64,000 nt of DNA from an uncultured candidate division Zixibacteria bacterium (GTDB taxonomy: Bacteria > Zixibacteria > MSB-5A5 > GN15 > FEB-12), in assembly GCA_963735035.1 (NCBI GenBank), contig CAVTJJ010000006.1, positions 576,001 through 640,000 of the forward strand, given 5' to 3'. The notes beneath the pieces are model-generated. The model was given only the letters and a program-made list of their open reading frames with translations. It was not told the origin of the DNA and made no database searches. Position numbers and translations under genes: made by a program. Shown piece by piece: positions 47,065 through 58,079 of the stretch (the first letter of the stretch is position 1; each line of letters starts with the position of its first letter).

Positions 47065-48261
47065 ATGCAAGTGACCGAACGGCTCTACTACAAAGACGCT
47101 GATTTGTTGGAATTCGATGCGACCATCGTTGAGTCAGGTCGGGTCGATTCGCACGCCTATGTCGTGCTCGACCGTTCAGCGTTCTATCCGACTTCCGGCG
47201 GGCAGAGCCACGACACCGGATTTCTGAACGACAAGCAGGTGATCGACGTAATCGAAACCGAGGACAGCGTCGTTCGGCATATTATGTCAGACGAGATCGG
47301 TCCGTCGGGAACGCGTGTACATGGTGCGGTTGACAAGAACCGACGTCAGCGCAATCGCCAGAATCACACCGCCCAGCACATATTGTCAGCGGCGTTTGCC
47401 CGGCTTTACGGCTATCGCACGATGTCGGTTCATCTCGGAGAAGAATACGGCGCCGTCGAATTGCAGGTCGAGGCCGTTTCTGATGAACAGTTGCGAGAAG
47501 TCGAATCCGCGGCCAATCAGATCATAGCGGACAATGTCCTGGTTGAAGTGATGTTTGTCGATAGCCGTCAGGCGGAGTCCTTGCCGTTGCGCAAGGAGTC
47601 GCAACGCGAGGGAGAGCTTCGCATCATCCGGATCGGCGAATTCGACTACTCTGCTTGCGGCGGGACACACTGCAGCACGTCGGGCGGTGTCGGGTTGGTC
47701 AAGATCATTGGCGCGGACAAGATGCGCGGTCGCGCCCTGGTGAAGTATCTGGCGGGACATCTGGCGGTGGCCGATTACGCGCGACGATTCGACATCACCG
47801 ACGCCCTGGCGAAAACGTTCACCTGTCATTACACCGATCTGTCAAGCAAGATCACCAAGGTCCAGGAAGAGTCATCACACCTGCGACACCAATTGATCGA
47901 CGCCCAAAAGGAGCTGCTTCCGATCAAAGCCGAGCACCTTTCCCAGAACTCGATCGTCTGTGGTCGGTACAAGCTGGTAATGGAGCGAGTTTCCGGAGTT
48001 GATTCATCGGCGATCTCATGTTTGGCCGGCATGGTAGCGGACAGCGCCGGCGGTCTGGCGGTTCTCTTTGTGGATGATAAGATTTTATTGGCCGCGGCGG
48101 GTGGGTCAGGTTTGCACGCGGGCAATCTGGCCCGACAATTGTCCACCCAGACAGGTCTGAAGGGGGGCGGGAACGAACGCGCCGCACAGATAGGCGGTGT
48201 ACAGGAAGCTCAGATCGCGGCAATTCAAGACGCTGTCAGGACTTTTCTCCAGAATGAATAG
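47065..48261 (+). CDS. Alanyl-tRNA editing protein (AlaX family, with C-terminal DHHA1-like region)
   Basis: FYPTSGGQ, HTAQH and CGGTH zinc motifs, KGGG. Confidence 0.88.
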   Translation: MQVTERLYYKDADLLEFDATIVESGRVDSHAYVVLDRSAFYPTSGGQSHDTGFLNDKQVIDVIETEDSVVRHIMSDEIGPSGTRVHGAVDKNRRQRNRQNHTAQHILSAAFARLYGYRTMSVHLGEEYGAVELQVEAVSDEQLREVESAANQIIADNVLVEVMFVDSRQAESLPLRKESQREGELRIIRIGEFDYSACGGTHCSTSGGVGLVKIIGADKMRGRALVKYLAGHLAVADYARRFDITDALAKTFTCHYTDLSSKITKVQEESSHLRHQLIDAQKELLPIKAEHLSQNSIVCGRYKLVMERVSGVDSSAISCLAGMVADSAGGLAVLFVDDKILLAAAGGSGLHAGNLARQLSTQTGLKGGGNERAAQIGGVQEAQIAAIQDAVRTFLQNE

Positions 48262-51200
48262 ACTTCAAATTATACTGGCCGTCCTGACGACGTTATTCCT
48301 GACCGCGTTGTCTCAGAGCGCTCAACCGCCGAAGAAACTGGATCTTCAATACGCCGACAAGACCGAGTTCATCTTCTCCAAGTTACAGGACACAACTTTC
48401 GTAACGGGGGCGGTGGTATTTCAGACTGAAACGGGCATGGTCTACTGCGATTCCGCGATGTGGTCCCGAGGCGATATGGCGGTGCTCTGGGGGCGGGTTA
48501 TCATAGATGACAAAGAATACCACCTGGCTGCCGATTCCGTGCGCTACGATCTGAGGACCGGACAGGCGGTGGCAAGAGGAAGTTATGTCGAGCTTTGGTC
48601 GCACAGCGATTCTTTGTTTGCGGTCGGAACGCATGCCTTCTTCGACCGTGGTCAAAAGTATTTCTACATGCTCGAACGCCCGACCGTATATCTGAATTAT
48701 CCCGATAGCGGTCGTATGATAGAAATCATCGCTGATTATGTGCAATATGACGGGTTGGGGGGTGAGGCGGAGGCCGAAGGAAATGTCAAGATATCATCGA
48801 AGGAGTTCAATTCGACCTCTGGTTGCGCCGTCATGTACCCGCAGCGGCATTCGCTCGACCTTTTCGAAAGTCCCGTGATCAGCCGCAAGAAATCGGAAAT
48901 TAGCGGACGGTTCATAACTGTCGCGTCGGACGAACACTCGATCAGACAGGTCGATGTGATCGACTCCGCCACCGGTGTGTTCCTGGAGCCGGCTGTTTGG
49001 AGCGATTCGGTGTTTGACCGCTCGAAACTGTCCGGACGGCGGATCTTAATGGACTTTCTCGCCGGCGACCTTCAATCAGTAACCTGTTACGGCCAGGCTT
49101 ATTCCTGGTACAATCCGGCCGCTCCAGCCACCCACGAACAGCAGGAAAACTCGGTGTCCGGCGACACGATACGATTCCTGGTAAACAACGAAGCCTTGCG
49201 CAGTGTGGAAGTTGTCGGCGGGGCGGTGGGACGGTATCTGTCCACCAAGAAGATTGTCAGTGATACGACGGTAGTGACGAAAGTCGATACGGTTAATTAC
49301 CAGGCCGACGACATCAGCTACAATCTCAACGATTCGCTGATTACGCTGAAGTCCCGTGCCAAGACCCAATCCGGCACGGTAGCTCTTGAAGCCTATCGGA
49401 TTCAGTTGAATACCAAAGAGCGTATCATAGAAGCGTACTCCGGTGCGATTGTAAGCGATTCGTCCACGAAGAATGAGTACTTCGGCCCCGATTTGCAGCC
49501 GAACGATGTTCCTGTGTCATTGGCCGACCGGGACCAGAGGTTGCAGGGGGATTATCTTCGCTATTCGATCGACACCGAGAAGGGTCGGATTGTTACCTCC
49601 AAGTCGAGCTACCAGTCCGGGTTATTCTATGGCCAGGAATTGCATCGGCAGCACAAAGACATCTACTACCTGGAAAACGGCAAGTACACCACTTGCGACG
49701 CCGCTGAACCACACTTTCATTTCAGTTCACGCAATCTGAAGTTGATCGAAGGGAAGCGGCTGATCGCCAGGCCAGTGGTTATGAACATTGGCCGCCTGCC
49801 GATTCTGGCCGTACCGTACTACGTCTTCCCGCTCGAAAAGGGACGCCATTCCGGGATTCTTCCATTTACTCTCGGAAATCTTGAGCGGGGCGAAAGGTAC
49901 ATTCGTAACGTTGGCTATTTCTGGGCCGCATCCGATTACTGGGATTGGCGCGGGGCACTGGATTATTTCGAGCAGAGCGACCGCCTCAACATGTCCAGCG
50001 CCGTTAACTACAACAAGCTGTACGCTTTCAACGGATCCGTGCAGGGCAACTGGGGGCGGGAAACCAATCTTGATCGCAACTATCGGGAAGTCCGCAAATC
50101 GCGCTGGACGCTCAAAGCGACACACAATCAGGATTTTACGCCCAGCTTCAAGATCAGCGCCACGGGCGACATACGTTCGGACTCCAGATACTACAACGAT
50201 TATTCGACCAATATGGCTGATCGTCTCAATCGCGATGTGCGGTCCTCAATTAACTTTACCAAGAGATTCGGCAAGCAAGTGTCATTGTCGGGAATATTCT
50301 CACATGACAATCAATTAGATGTCCAGTCGCGTACGGATCATCTCCCGTCGATGAGTCTCAACCTTCCGACCGTGAGCCCGTTTGGAAGCGGGGGACTGGA
50401 TGAGCAAGGCAACCCCGTCCGACGCTGGTACAACTCCTTGATCGTGACTTACCGGCCCAAGCTGGAGAATTTCTCGAGCCGCGTAACCAAAGACTCCCTC
50501 GGCCGCGCCTGGGCCGACACCGTCTATCTGGATAGCGCGAACAATCCTGATTCTATTCAGGTCACCCGGCATCAGGACACTCTGTCGTACCGCAGCCGGA
50601 AGAAGTACACACGCGTGGATCATTCTTTAAGCGTCAATTTCCCGATGACGATTGCCAGGTACTTCACTCTTAATCCTTCCGTAGCATACTCAGAGAACTG
50701 GATGCTCGTGCATCAGACCGACCAGTCCCGGGCGTTGAACATCGACGCTTCGACCGGTTACCGCACTTACGCCTACAGCGTTGGGACCTCGCTTTCGACC
50801 AAACTCTACGGGACGGTGTATCCGAAGATCCTGGGCCTGGAGGGTTTCCGCCAGGTGATTACTCCTACCGTGTCGTACCGGTTTTCACCCAAAGCCGATC
50901 GGCACCCGCTCATTTCTACTTATACGGGTGCTTCGGCTCGGTCTTCAGCACGAAGCCGGGACATGACGTTCTCGCTGGAGCATTTGTATCAAGCGAAGTT
51001 TCGATTCGGTGAGAAGGAGAGAGACCTGGATCTGCTTTCGGTTAGACACTCGTTCAGTTACGATTTTGAAGAGCCAAAACGGAAAGTGTCGAGTCTTAGT
51101 TCATCAATGACCTCGAATCTCTTGAAGAACATTCGCCTGACCGCCGACATGAGTCATTCATTCTACAAGTCCCCGACCAGCGACGAGTTTGATCTCCTGA

Positions 51201-51700
51201 ATCCACATTTAACCAATTTTCAGATCAATGCGGTCCTGAGTCTGCGGGGGAGCAGGTTCCTGTTCGATGAACCGGTGTTGCGGGCTCCCCGCATGGGAGA
51301 TTCCACCGCGCCGCAGGGGCAGTCGCTAGCCCTTCCGGGACCGGTCAGCCCGGTGGCGAAGGGATGGAACATGTCCGCTACCTACAGCTATGCGGAGGGC
51401 GGTAAGTTCGGTGGGATCTTCAGAAAGACCAGCGCGATACGGCTGAGCCTCGACTTCAATCTGACTTCTACTACACAGGTGAGATACTCCCAATATTACG
51501 ACATTGCCCATCAGATGACGGTGTCCAATGAAGTGAACATAGTCAAGACCCTTCACTGCTGGACTGGAACATTTCATTGGGTGCCAACGGGTTCCACCAA
51601 GGGGTGGGGCTTCATGCTGTATGTCACTGCAATGCCGGAAATAAAGATCGACAATTCCCAAAGCTCACTCAACGCAACCTATTTCCAGGGCCTCCAGTAA
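48254..51700 (+). CDS. lptD: LPS-assembly protein LptD-like (OstA repeats plus beta-barrel)
   Basis: Signal peptide, OstA-like N-terminus, YTTC..PHF, LHCW near the C-terminus. Confidence 0.8.
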   Translation: MNRLQIILAVLTTLFLTALSQSAQPPKKLDLQYADKTEFIFSKLQDTTFVTGAVVFQTETGMVYCDSAMWSRGDMAVLWGRVIIDDKEYHLAADSVRYDLRTGQAVARGSYVELWSHSDSLFAVGTHAFFDRGQKYFYMLERPTVYLNYPDSGRMIEIIADYVQYDGLGGEAEAEGNVKISSKEFNSTSGCAVMYPQRHSLDLFESPVISRKKSEISGRFITVASDEHSIRQVDVIDSATGVFLEPAVWSDSVFDRSKLSGRRILMDFLAGDLQSVTCYGQAYSWYNPAAPATHEQQENSVSGDTIRFLVNNEALRSVEVVGGAVGRYLSTKKIVSDTTVVTKVDTVNYQADDISYNLNDSLITLKSRAKTQSGTVALEAYRIQLNTKERIIEAYSGAIVSDSSTKNEYFGPDLQPNDVPVSLADRDQRLQGDYLRYSIDTEKGRIVTSKSSYQSGLFYGQELHRQHKDIYYLENGKYTTCDAAEPHFHFSSRNLKLIEGKRLIARPVVMNIGRLPILAVPYYVFPLEKGRHSGILPFTLGNLERGERYIRNVGYFWAASDYWDWRGALDYFEQSDRLNMSSAVNYNKLYAFNGSVQGNWGRETNLDRNYREVRKSRWTLKATHNQDFTPSFKISATGDIRSDSRYYNDYSTNMADRLNRDVRSSINFTKRFGKQVSLSGIFSHDNQLDVQSRTDHLPSMSLNLPTVSPFGSGGLDEQGNPVRRWYNSLIVTYRPKLENFSSRVTKDSLGRAWADTVYLDSANNPDSIQVTRHQDTLSYRSRKKYTRVDHSLSVNFPMTIARYFTLNPSVAYSENWMLVHQTDQSRALNIDASTGYRTYAYSVGTSLSTKLYGTVYPKILGLEGFRQVITPTVSYRFSPKADRHPLISTYTGASARSSARSRDMTFSLEHLYQAKFRFGEKERDLDLLSVRHSFSYDFEEPKRKVSSLSSSMTSNLLKNIRLTADMSHSFYKSPTSDEFDLLNPHLTNFQINAVLSLRGSRFLFDEPVLRAPRMGDSTAPQGQSLALPGPVSPVAKGWNMSATYSYAEGGKFGGIFRKTSAIRLSLDFNLTSTTQVRYSQYYDIAHQMTVSNEVNIVKTLHCWTGTFHWVPTGSTKGWGFMLYVTAMPEIKIDNSQSSLNATYFQGLQ

Positions 51701-51849
51701 TTGGCTTTATCTAGGCAGGGTTCGGACCGGAATAGCCTGCAAGAAGCCGATTTTCAGCCGGTTTATTGTTGACAGTTCGCCCATATCCGGGGTTCTTGAG
51801 TCAATGATAAGTTGGTAGCGTTACACCTCACTTTAGAAAGGAATGGGCC

Positions 51850-52125
51850 ATGACCAAGGACGAAATGATAGCAATCATGGCTGAGTCATCCGGCATCACC
51901 AGAAAGCAGGCGACTCAGGCTCTGGAATCGTTTATGGACAACGTAACCACGAGCTTAAAGATGGGAACTAAGGTCAGTTTTTCCGGATTTGGAACCTTTG
52001 CCATTTCCAATCGCAAGGCTCGCACCGGGCGTAATCCCCAGACGGGCGCCGCGATTAGTATTCCGGCTTCGAAAGTGCCGGTTTTCCGCGCGGGTAAGAA
52101 CCTCAAGGAGGCGGTGCGGAAATAG
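51850..52125 (+). CDS. hup: HU family DNA-binding protein
   Basis: GFGTF, RKARTGRNPQTG, PVFRAGK. Confidence 0.95.
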   Translation: MTKDEMIAIMAESSGITRKQATQALESFMDNVTTSLKMGTKVSFSGFGTFAISNRKARTGRNPQTGAAISIPASKVPVFRAGKNLKEAVRK

Positions 52126-52144
52126 AGCCGATAATTTGATCCGC

Positions 52145-52178
52145 AGGAGGCAGGTTCGGCAGGCCTGCCTCCTTTTTT
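52145..52178 (+). terminator. Intrinsic terminator after HU
   Basis: AGGAGGCAGG..CCTGCCTCCT followed by a T-tract. Confidence 0.8.
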
Positions 52179-52227
52179 GACTCGAACCTGCCGTTTCGGA
52201 TGTACTCCTCACGCGATCAGTTTCGTT

Positions 52228-54534
52228 ATGGGCAAACGCAAAGAATCCAAAGTTGACCATCGCTGGCGCCGTCTCATCGGAGGCCTGATCTTTATCGTAG
52301 CCGTGCTAATCCTCGTAGCCCTGGCGACCCACGATGGGTCCGACGACGCCCGTATCAAAGGCGAACTCGATCGCTACCTCGACCCGTTCGAGGTGCAATA
52401 CCACAATCAGGGCGGAATGCTGGGGGCCTATTTATCGTATGCCCTGATGGTAGTTCTGGGCTGGCTCTCGTTCTTCATTCCGATTGGACTTATGCTCGTG
52501 TCAATTCGGCTGTTCTCAGCGGAACTGGCCGCCCGAATGAAACTGACCGGCCTGGTCTCGTTTTCTGTCGCCGTCTTTATTACAGTGATATACGATGTGT
52601 CGCAGGTTGGATCGCCGCACCTCGGTTCCGAGACCGGGGCGATTGGCGGCTATCTGATGGTCAAGCTGACCGGGCTGAGCCTTCGCCTTCTCGGTACCGC
52701 CGGTACCTACGTAGTATGTGCCGGTTTGATCGTGGTGCTGTTGCTGACTTTTACTTCGATTCATCACCTGTTGAAGTTTCGCAAGAAGGAAAAGGATTCC
52801 GATGCGGAGCCGGGGCGTCTTAGTCGCTGGGCCGGCGTTGTCTGGGCGGCTATTATGAAGTTCTTCTCGTTTGGCTGGCTGTCCGGGGGAGCCCGTGATT
52901 CCGAAGACGATGACACACTTCGCGAATCCGAAGAAGAACTCGAGATTGAGGAAATAGAGGAAGAAGAACCGGAAGAGACTGGTGCGGTCAATGGCACTCG
53001 AAGCGTCTCGCCGGCCAAGCCACCCCGCAAACGGGCCACCCTCATACGACCGGCCGAAAAGGTTCAAGTGGCTTCGGTCAACTACACCTACCCGGGCCTT
53101 GACCTGCTGAATGACCCGCCGCCGACATCGCAGACGGTCACCGACGAAGAACTTCAGATGACCGCTCGAATGCTCAAAGAGACGCTTGAGACGTTCCAAG
53201 TAACGGTCGAGGGACCAATAAGTTACTACCCAGGTCCAATCATCACTCGATATGAGTTCAAGCCCGGCTCGGGTGTGAAAGTCAATCGAATTGTCAGCCT
53301 GGCCGACGATCTGGCGCTGGCCCTGAAAGCCAAACGAATCAGAATAGTGGCCCCAATTCCAGGCAAGGCGGCGGTCGGGGTCGAGATACCCAACCGTCAT
53401 GCCCAGTCGGTCTACCTCAAAGAGATTTTGAATTCGGAAGAGTTCCAGGATCAGAAGCTCAGGTTGCCACTGACTTTGGGCAAGACCATCAGCGGGCGTC
53501 CGTTCGTAGCCGACCTGGCCAAGATGCCGCATCTGCTGATAGCGGGTGCCACCGGTTCAGGCAAATCGGTCTGCATGAACGTGCTGATCACTTCGCTTAT
53601 ATACAAGTTTCACCCCCTGCATATCCGGTTCGTGTTTATCGATCCCAAGATGTTGGAGTTGTCGGTTTACTCCAATATCCCTCATTTGGGCCGCCCGGTG
53701 GTCACTAGCCCCAAACGGGCTGAGCAGGTACTCTCAGACATAGTTGCAGAAATGGAGAAACGGTACCGGCGTCTGGCCGAGAGCGGCGTGCGCAATATTG
53801 AGGACTTCAACAACCGCCAGAAGCAGGAAGAGACCAAGCTGCCATATATCGTTGTGTGCGTGGATGAGTTGGCCGATTTGATGATGTCCGCGACTTCGAA
53901 CAAGGTTGAGTTGTTGATTACTCGTCTGGCCCAGATGGCGCGAGCAGTCGGTATACACCTGGTGCTGGCCACCCAGCGGCCGTCGGTGGACGTCATTACC
54001 GGCCTTATCAAAGCGAATTTCCCGGCTCGTATAGCTTTCCAGGTAGCCAGTAAAGTCGACTCGCGCACTATTATAGATGCCAACGGAGCGGAGAAGTTGC
54101 TGGGCGCAGGGGATATGCTGTTCCTGAGCACCGGCCAGCCCGAACCTACCCGGCTCCACGGCGCCTATATCTCAAGCGAAGAAACCGATAGAATCGTGAG
54201 TTTCATCAAGGAACAGGGCCTTCCAATGATGGCGCTCGAGGGCATCTCTCAGGCCACCGGCGACAACGTTGAAGCCGAAGTTGACCTGGGCGATCCACTC
54301 TTCCGCGAGGCTTGCGAAGTGGTCATCCGTCACAAGCAGGGTTCCGTGTCGCTTCTGCAGCGTCGGCTTGGTATCGGGTATCAGCGCGCCGCCCGCTTGA
54401 TTGACAAACTGGAGCGGGCCGGGGTGGTGTCGCCGTTCGACGGCTCCAAGGCGCGAGAAGTGATTGTGGACCAGGCCTATGTTGACACCATGTTCTCCGG
54501 CCAGGCGGGCGAGCCGGCCGACCGACCCTCCTGA
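52228..54534 (+). CDS. ftsK: DNA translocase FtsK
   Basis: N-terminal TM helices, GATGSGKS, DELADLM, TQRPSVD and gamma domain LQRRL.IGY.RAA. Confidence 0.96.
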   Translation: MGKRKESKVDHRWRRLIGGLIFIVAVLILVALATHDGSDDARIKGELDRYLDPFEVQYHNQGGMLGAYLSYALMVVLGWLSFFIPIGLMLVSIRLFSAELAARMKLTGLVSFSVAVFITVIYDVSQVGSPHLGSETGAIGGYLMVKLTGLSLRLLGTAGTYVVCAGLIVVLLLTFTSIHHLLKFRKKEKDSDAEPGRLSRWAGVVWAAIMKFFSFGWLSGGARDSEDDDTLRESEEELEIEEIEEEEPEETGAVNGTRSVSPAKPPRKRATLIRPAEKVQVASVNYTYPGLDLLNDPPPTSQTVTDEELQMTARMLKETLETFQVTVEGPISYYPGPIITRYEFKPGSGVKVNRIVSLADDLALALKAKRIRIVAPIPGKAAVGVEIPNRHAQSVYLKEILNSEEFQDQKLRLPLTLGKTISGRPFVADLAKMPHLLIAGATGSGKSVCMNVLITSLIYKFHPLHIRFVFIDPKMLELSVYSNIPHLGRPVVTSPKRAEQVLSDIVAEMEKRYRRLAESGVRNIEDFNNRQKQEETKLPYIVVCVDELADLMMSATSNKVELLITRLAQMARAVGIHLVLATQRPSVDVITGLIKANFPARIAFQVASKVDSRTIIDANGAEKLLGAGDMLFLSTGQPEPTRLHGAYISSEETDRIVSFIKEQGLPMMALEGISQATGDNVEAEVDLGDPLFREACEVVIRHKQGSVSLLQRRLGIGYQRAARLIDKLERAGVVSPFDGSKAREVIVDQAYVDTMFSGQAGEPADRPS

Positions 54535-54566
54535 GTCTCCCCGCATTGAGGGGTGTATAAGCTGCA

Positions 54567-55178
54567 ATGACTAAATCGACGTTCATACTACTCGCATTAT
54601 TATTGGCTGCGGCCAACTCTTTCGGACAGGTGGATCCGTTCGCAGGCGTCAAAGCCTCTATGAGCAAGGCCGCCTGTTGCCATTATGAATTTCTTTCCAT
54701 CGTTGAGTCCAAGGTGTTTGAGACAATCGACACGACTCAGGGTACGGCCGTGATAGCCTCCGATGGACGGTACTACATTACCATCGGACCCGACGAATAC
54801 TTGAAGACTTCGGACTCCCTTTATAGTTACTCGCAAACCGAGAGCCAGTTGACCGTTGAGTCGACACCCCCGGGCACGCAGTCGCAGGAGAGTGTTTCGT
54901 TTATCACCCGCCTGGACGACTACTACAGCACTCAGGTTCGGGTTCCTCAGCGCCATTATTTCCTGAGACGAACCGATACCGCCGCAGTCGATCTACCGGA
55001 TTCGTTGACCGTTGTAATGACCGAGGGGAAAGCCCGCCTGGACCGCTTGGTCTACTTCGACGCCAACGACGACCTCAATCAGATAGTTTTCAAGAAATGC
55101 GAATATCTGGACAAGTGCGACGAGAAGGCTCTCGTTCCGCATTTCCCCGGCTCGGCCGAAATTATCCACATTCGGTAG
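54567..55178 (+). CDS. lolA: LolA-like outer-membrane lipoprotein carrier
   Basis: Signal peptide, size, and conserved position after ftsK; sequence is divergent. Confidence 0.6.
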   Translation: MTKSTFILLALLLAAANSFGQVDPFAGVKASMSKAACCHYEFLSIVESKVFETIDTTQGTAVIASDGRYYITIGPDEYLKTSDSLYSYSQTESQLTVESTPPGTQSQESVSFITRLDDYYSTQVRVPQRHYFLRRTDTAAVDLPDSLTVVMTEGKARLDRLVYFDANDDLNQIVFKKCEYLDKCDEKALVPHFPGSAEIIHIR

Positions 55179-55186
55179 ACTGTCCC

Positions 55187-56515
55187 GTGAAATTCTACGT
55201 ACAGAAGCTGGGGTGTCCGAAGAACGACGTTGACGCGGACTATATTACGGCGCGTCTGATTGAGGCCGGACATCGCCCGGTTGATGATCCTTCCAAAGCG
55301 GATACAATCGTAGTGAATACGTGTGGCTTCGTTAGAGACGCCAAGGAAGAATCAATCGATTCCATACTTGAGCTTGCGCAGCTTAAGAAGAGCGGGCGAC
55401 TGAAGAAGATTTACGCTTCGGGGTGCCTAACTCAACGGTACGGCGACGAACTGCTGTCCGAGATGCACGAGTTGGACGGCGCTTTCGGTATCGGGGCCCT
55501 TGATGCGATTGCCGAGGCTGTGACCGGCGGCACGTCAAACCGCAAGGCGGTCCGTCAGGATATTCGCAAGCTCACCTATCTTGATTGGAGAAGCCGCGCT
55601 GTTACAGATCGTTTCCCTTACGCCTATATCAAGATTTCCGATGGCTGCGACCGCAAGTGTAGCTATTGTGCGATTCCCCAGATGCGGGGGAAGTACCGAA
55701 GCCGCCCCGCCAAATCCATTTTGAACGAAGCTCGTTATCTGGCGGAACAGGGGAAGAAGGAACTGATTCTGGTGTCGCAGGAGGCCACCCTCTGGGGCAG
55801 TGATCTAACTGGCCGCCCGACTCTGGTCAAACTTCTGGATCAACTTAGTGCGGTCGACGGCATCGAATGGATCAGGCTCTTGTACCTGCACCCCGCCCGG
55901 ACCGGCTCCGATCTGATCGAAAGAATGAATGGAGATGGCAAGGTCCTCGGATACTTCGACCTTCCATTGCAGCACGTCAGTACCCCGATTCTTCGCCGTA
56001 TGAAACGGGAGTCCAACCGTTCTACAATCGAAAGGCTTCTTTCTGATATTCGAGCTCGGGCGCCAAAAGCTACTATCAGGGTCAGCTTCATGGTCGGCTT
56101 TCCGGGCGAGACCGAGGCGCAATTCAAGGAGCTTTGTGAATTTGTCGAGGAACAGCGTTTCGACCGCCTGGGCGCTTTCATTTTTTCACCCGAGGAAGAA
56201 ACGGCGGCGGCGATTCTGCCCAAACAGGTTTCGCAAAAGGTCAAGATGCGTCGCCTGGATTGCCTTATGACGCTGCAGCAGAGCATAGCTTTCGAAAAGA
56301 ATAACTCCTTGATTGGGACTGAGGTCGACGTTATCATTGACTCCAGGCAGTCGGGGAGCTCGGCGCTCGGGCGGACCCCCGGCGACTGCCCGGAGATTGA
56401 CCAGATGGTTGCGGTTCGCGGACGTGGCCTGCGCGTCGGCGACATATGCCGCGTAGAAATCACCGACGCAGAGGGATATGATTTGACAGGCAGAAAGGTG
56501 ACCGGCAAAATATGA
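55187..56515 (+). CDS. rimO: Ribosomal protein S12 methylthiotransferase RimO
   Basis: LGCPKNDVD, NTCGF, CDRKCSYC radical SAM motif, PEID and a TRAM domain. Confidence 0.92.
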   Translation: MKFYVQKLGCPKNDVDADYITARLIEAGHRPVDDPSKADTIVVNTCGFVRDAKEESIDSILELAQLKKSGRLKKIYASGCLTQRYGDELLSEMHELDGAFGIGALDAIAEAVTGGTSNRKAVRQDIRKLTYLDWRSRAVTDRFPYAYIKISDGCDRKCSYCAIPQMRGKYRSRPAKSILNEARYLAEQGKKELILVSQEATLWGSDLTGRPTLVKLLDQLSAVDGIEWIRLLYLHPARTGSDLIERMNGDGKVLGYFDLPLQHVSTPILRRMKRESNRSTIERLLSDIRARAPKATIRVSFMVGFPGETEAQFKELCEFVEEQRFDRLGAFIFSPEEETAAAILPKQVSQKVKMRRLDCLMTLQQSIAFEKNNSLIGTEVDVIIDSRQSGSSALGRTPGDCPEIDQMVAVRGRGLRVGDICRVEITDAEGYDLTGRKVTGKI

Positions 56516-57156
56516 TACAGTTCGAAAAACTGGGAATCTTCTTATCGCGCCCCATCGCATTTCTGCTGGTCCTGATTTACTTTCTTCAATCGGGGCTGCT
56601 GGTATATCTGATCGCCAATAAATTCGATCTCGAGGAACAGATCTCGTTTCAGCAAAAGCGCATTCGTGAGGTCGAAGAACGGATACAGATTCTAAAGGCG
56701 ATCGATGATTTCCAGATCGGCTTCAATCAGCAGGAAGCCAACAAGCTGGGTGACGTCATCTATTCCGAAAGCAAGAAATATGGCTATGATCCCATGTTTA
56801 TACTGGCGATCATTTTGACCGAGTCATCGTTCAAGAAGGACCAGGCATCGTCAGCCGGCGCTCTCGGATTGATGCAGGTCGTGCCTTATGTCGGCGCCGA
56901 TGTCGCCCCCCGTGCGGGGGTCAACTGGGACGGCAAAGCCACCCTGGAAGAACCGGAGTCGAATATCAAAGTGGGGACCCGTCTGCTGTTCGAGCAGATT
57001 CTGAAATTCGGCGACGTGAAGAAAGCGCTGGTTTCCTACAACATGGGGGAGACGGCTCTTCGCGACCTGATGAAACATAATCAGCCGCTGCCGAAACGAT
57101 ACCTGCGGACGATCGAAGAGAATTATCGCATGCTCAAGGAGACTTACAAGGTTTGA
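56512..57156 (+). CDS. Membrane-anchored lytic transglycosylase (SLT domain)
   Basis: TESSF, GALGLMQ, SYNMG; N-terminal TM helix and coiled coil. Confidence 0.88.
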   Translation: MIQFEKLGIFLSRPIAFLLVLIYFLQSGLLVYLIANKFDLEEQISFQQKRIREVEERIQILKAIDDFQIGFNQQEANKLGDVIYSESKKYGYDPMFILAIILTESSFKKDQASSAGALGLMQVVPYVGADVAPRAGVNWDGKATLEEPESNIKVGTRLLFEQILKFGDVKKALVSYNMGETALRDLMKHNQPLPKRYLRTIEENYRMLKETYKV

Positions 57157-58079
57157 CAACTCTGCGTTCGAAACTGCTCTGGCTGTTGCCGATCCTTGTG
57201 CTGGTCGGGTGCGGCGGTGGCCCCAAACTCGCCAATCTGGGTTCCCGGGAACTATTCCAGCTCGGCATGAACAAGTATGCCAAAGGTAAGTATCTCGGTG
57301 CGATTGAAGCGCTTCAGATGGCGATCTTCAACTACCCCGGCGAGACTCAGGTCGATACGGCCCAGTACTATCTGGCCCTTTCATATTACGGCAATCATGA
57401 TTATGTACTGGGACAAGTCGAATTCAATCGCCTGCTCACCAATTACCCGGCGTCGGCTTTTGCCCCCAATGCGCAGCTCATGAAGGCCGTTTGTTTCTTC
57501 AAAGGCACACCCAAACACTATGCTTTGGACCAGACTGATCTCGTAACAGCTATCACACAATTCGAGGATTTCCTTCAGGATCATCCCGAATCAGAAGCGG
57601 TTCCGGAGGCCAAACAGTACTTGAAGGACGCGCAGAGCCGCATGGCCCGGAAATACTACGAAAGTGGAATTGTCTACATTCGGGTGCGTGACTTCAATGC
57701 CGCCAGAACTTATTTCCAGAAAGTGGTGGACGAATACACCAATACGGAATACGCGTCCGATGCCACTTATCAGATTGCCGAAACATACTATCAGCAAAAG
57801 AACTGGGATAAAGCCGAAGAGCAGTTCAGCAATTTCGGAGTCGTATGGCCGCAGCACAAATGGACCGCCCAGGCGGCCAAGCAAGCTTCCGAGGCCTCCT
57901 ACAAAGGCGGCATGGCGGCCCTCAAGGCGGGAGATACCGCTCTGGCTCGGAAACGACTTGAGAGATTCGTGCTGATCTGCGGGCCGGACAACGGCAAGCT
58001 CAAGAAGGTCAACGCCACATTGCAGCAGATCGGCAACACCCCGGTTGTGGAGACAGATACCACCCATGCCGGCTCCTGA
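57153..58079 (+). CDS. bamD: Outer membrane protein assembly factor BamD
   Basis: Lipobox LVGC, TPR repeats, LDQT motif. Confidence 0.85.
   Translation: MTTLRSKLLWLLPILVLVGCGGGPKLANLGSRELFQLGMNKYAKGKYLGAIEALQMAIFNYPGETQVDTAQYYLALSYYGNHDYVLGQVEFNRLLTNYPASAFAPNAQLMKAVCFFKGTPKHYALDQTDLVTAITQFEDFLQDHPESEAVPEAKQYLKDAQSRMARKYYESGIVYIRVRDFNAARTYFQKVVDEYTNTEYASDATYQIAETYYQQKNWDKAEEQFSNFGVVWPQHKWTAQAAKQASEASYKGGMAALKAGDTALARKRLERFVLICGPDNGKLKKVNATLQQIGNTPVVETDTTHAGS

Noticed and set aside
52516..53532. Long antisense ORFs (also 6402-7370, 32467-33144, 55840-56508)
   Set aside because: They are shadows of well-supported genes in GC-rich DNA and have no recognisable motifs.
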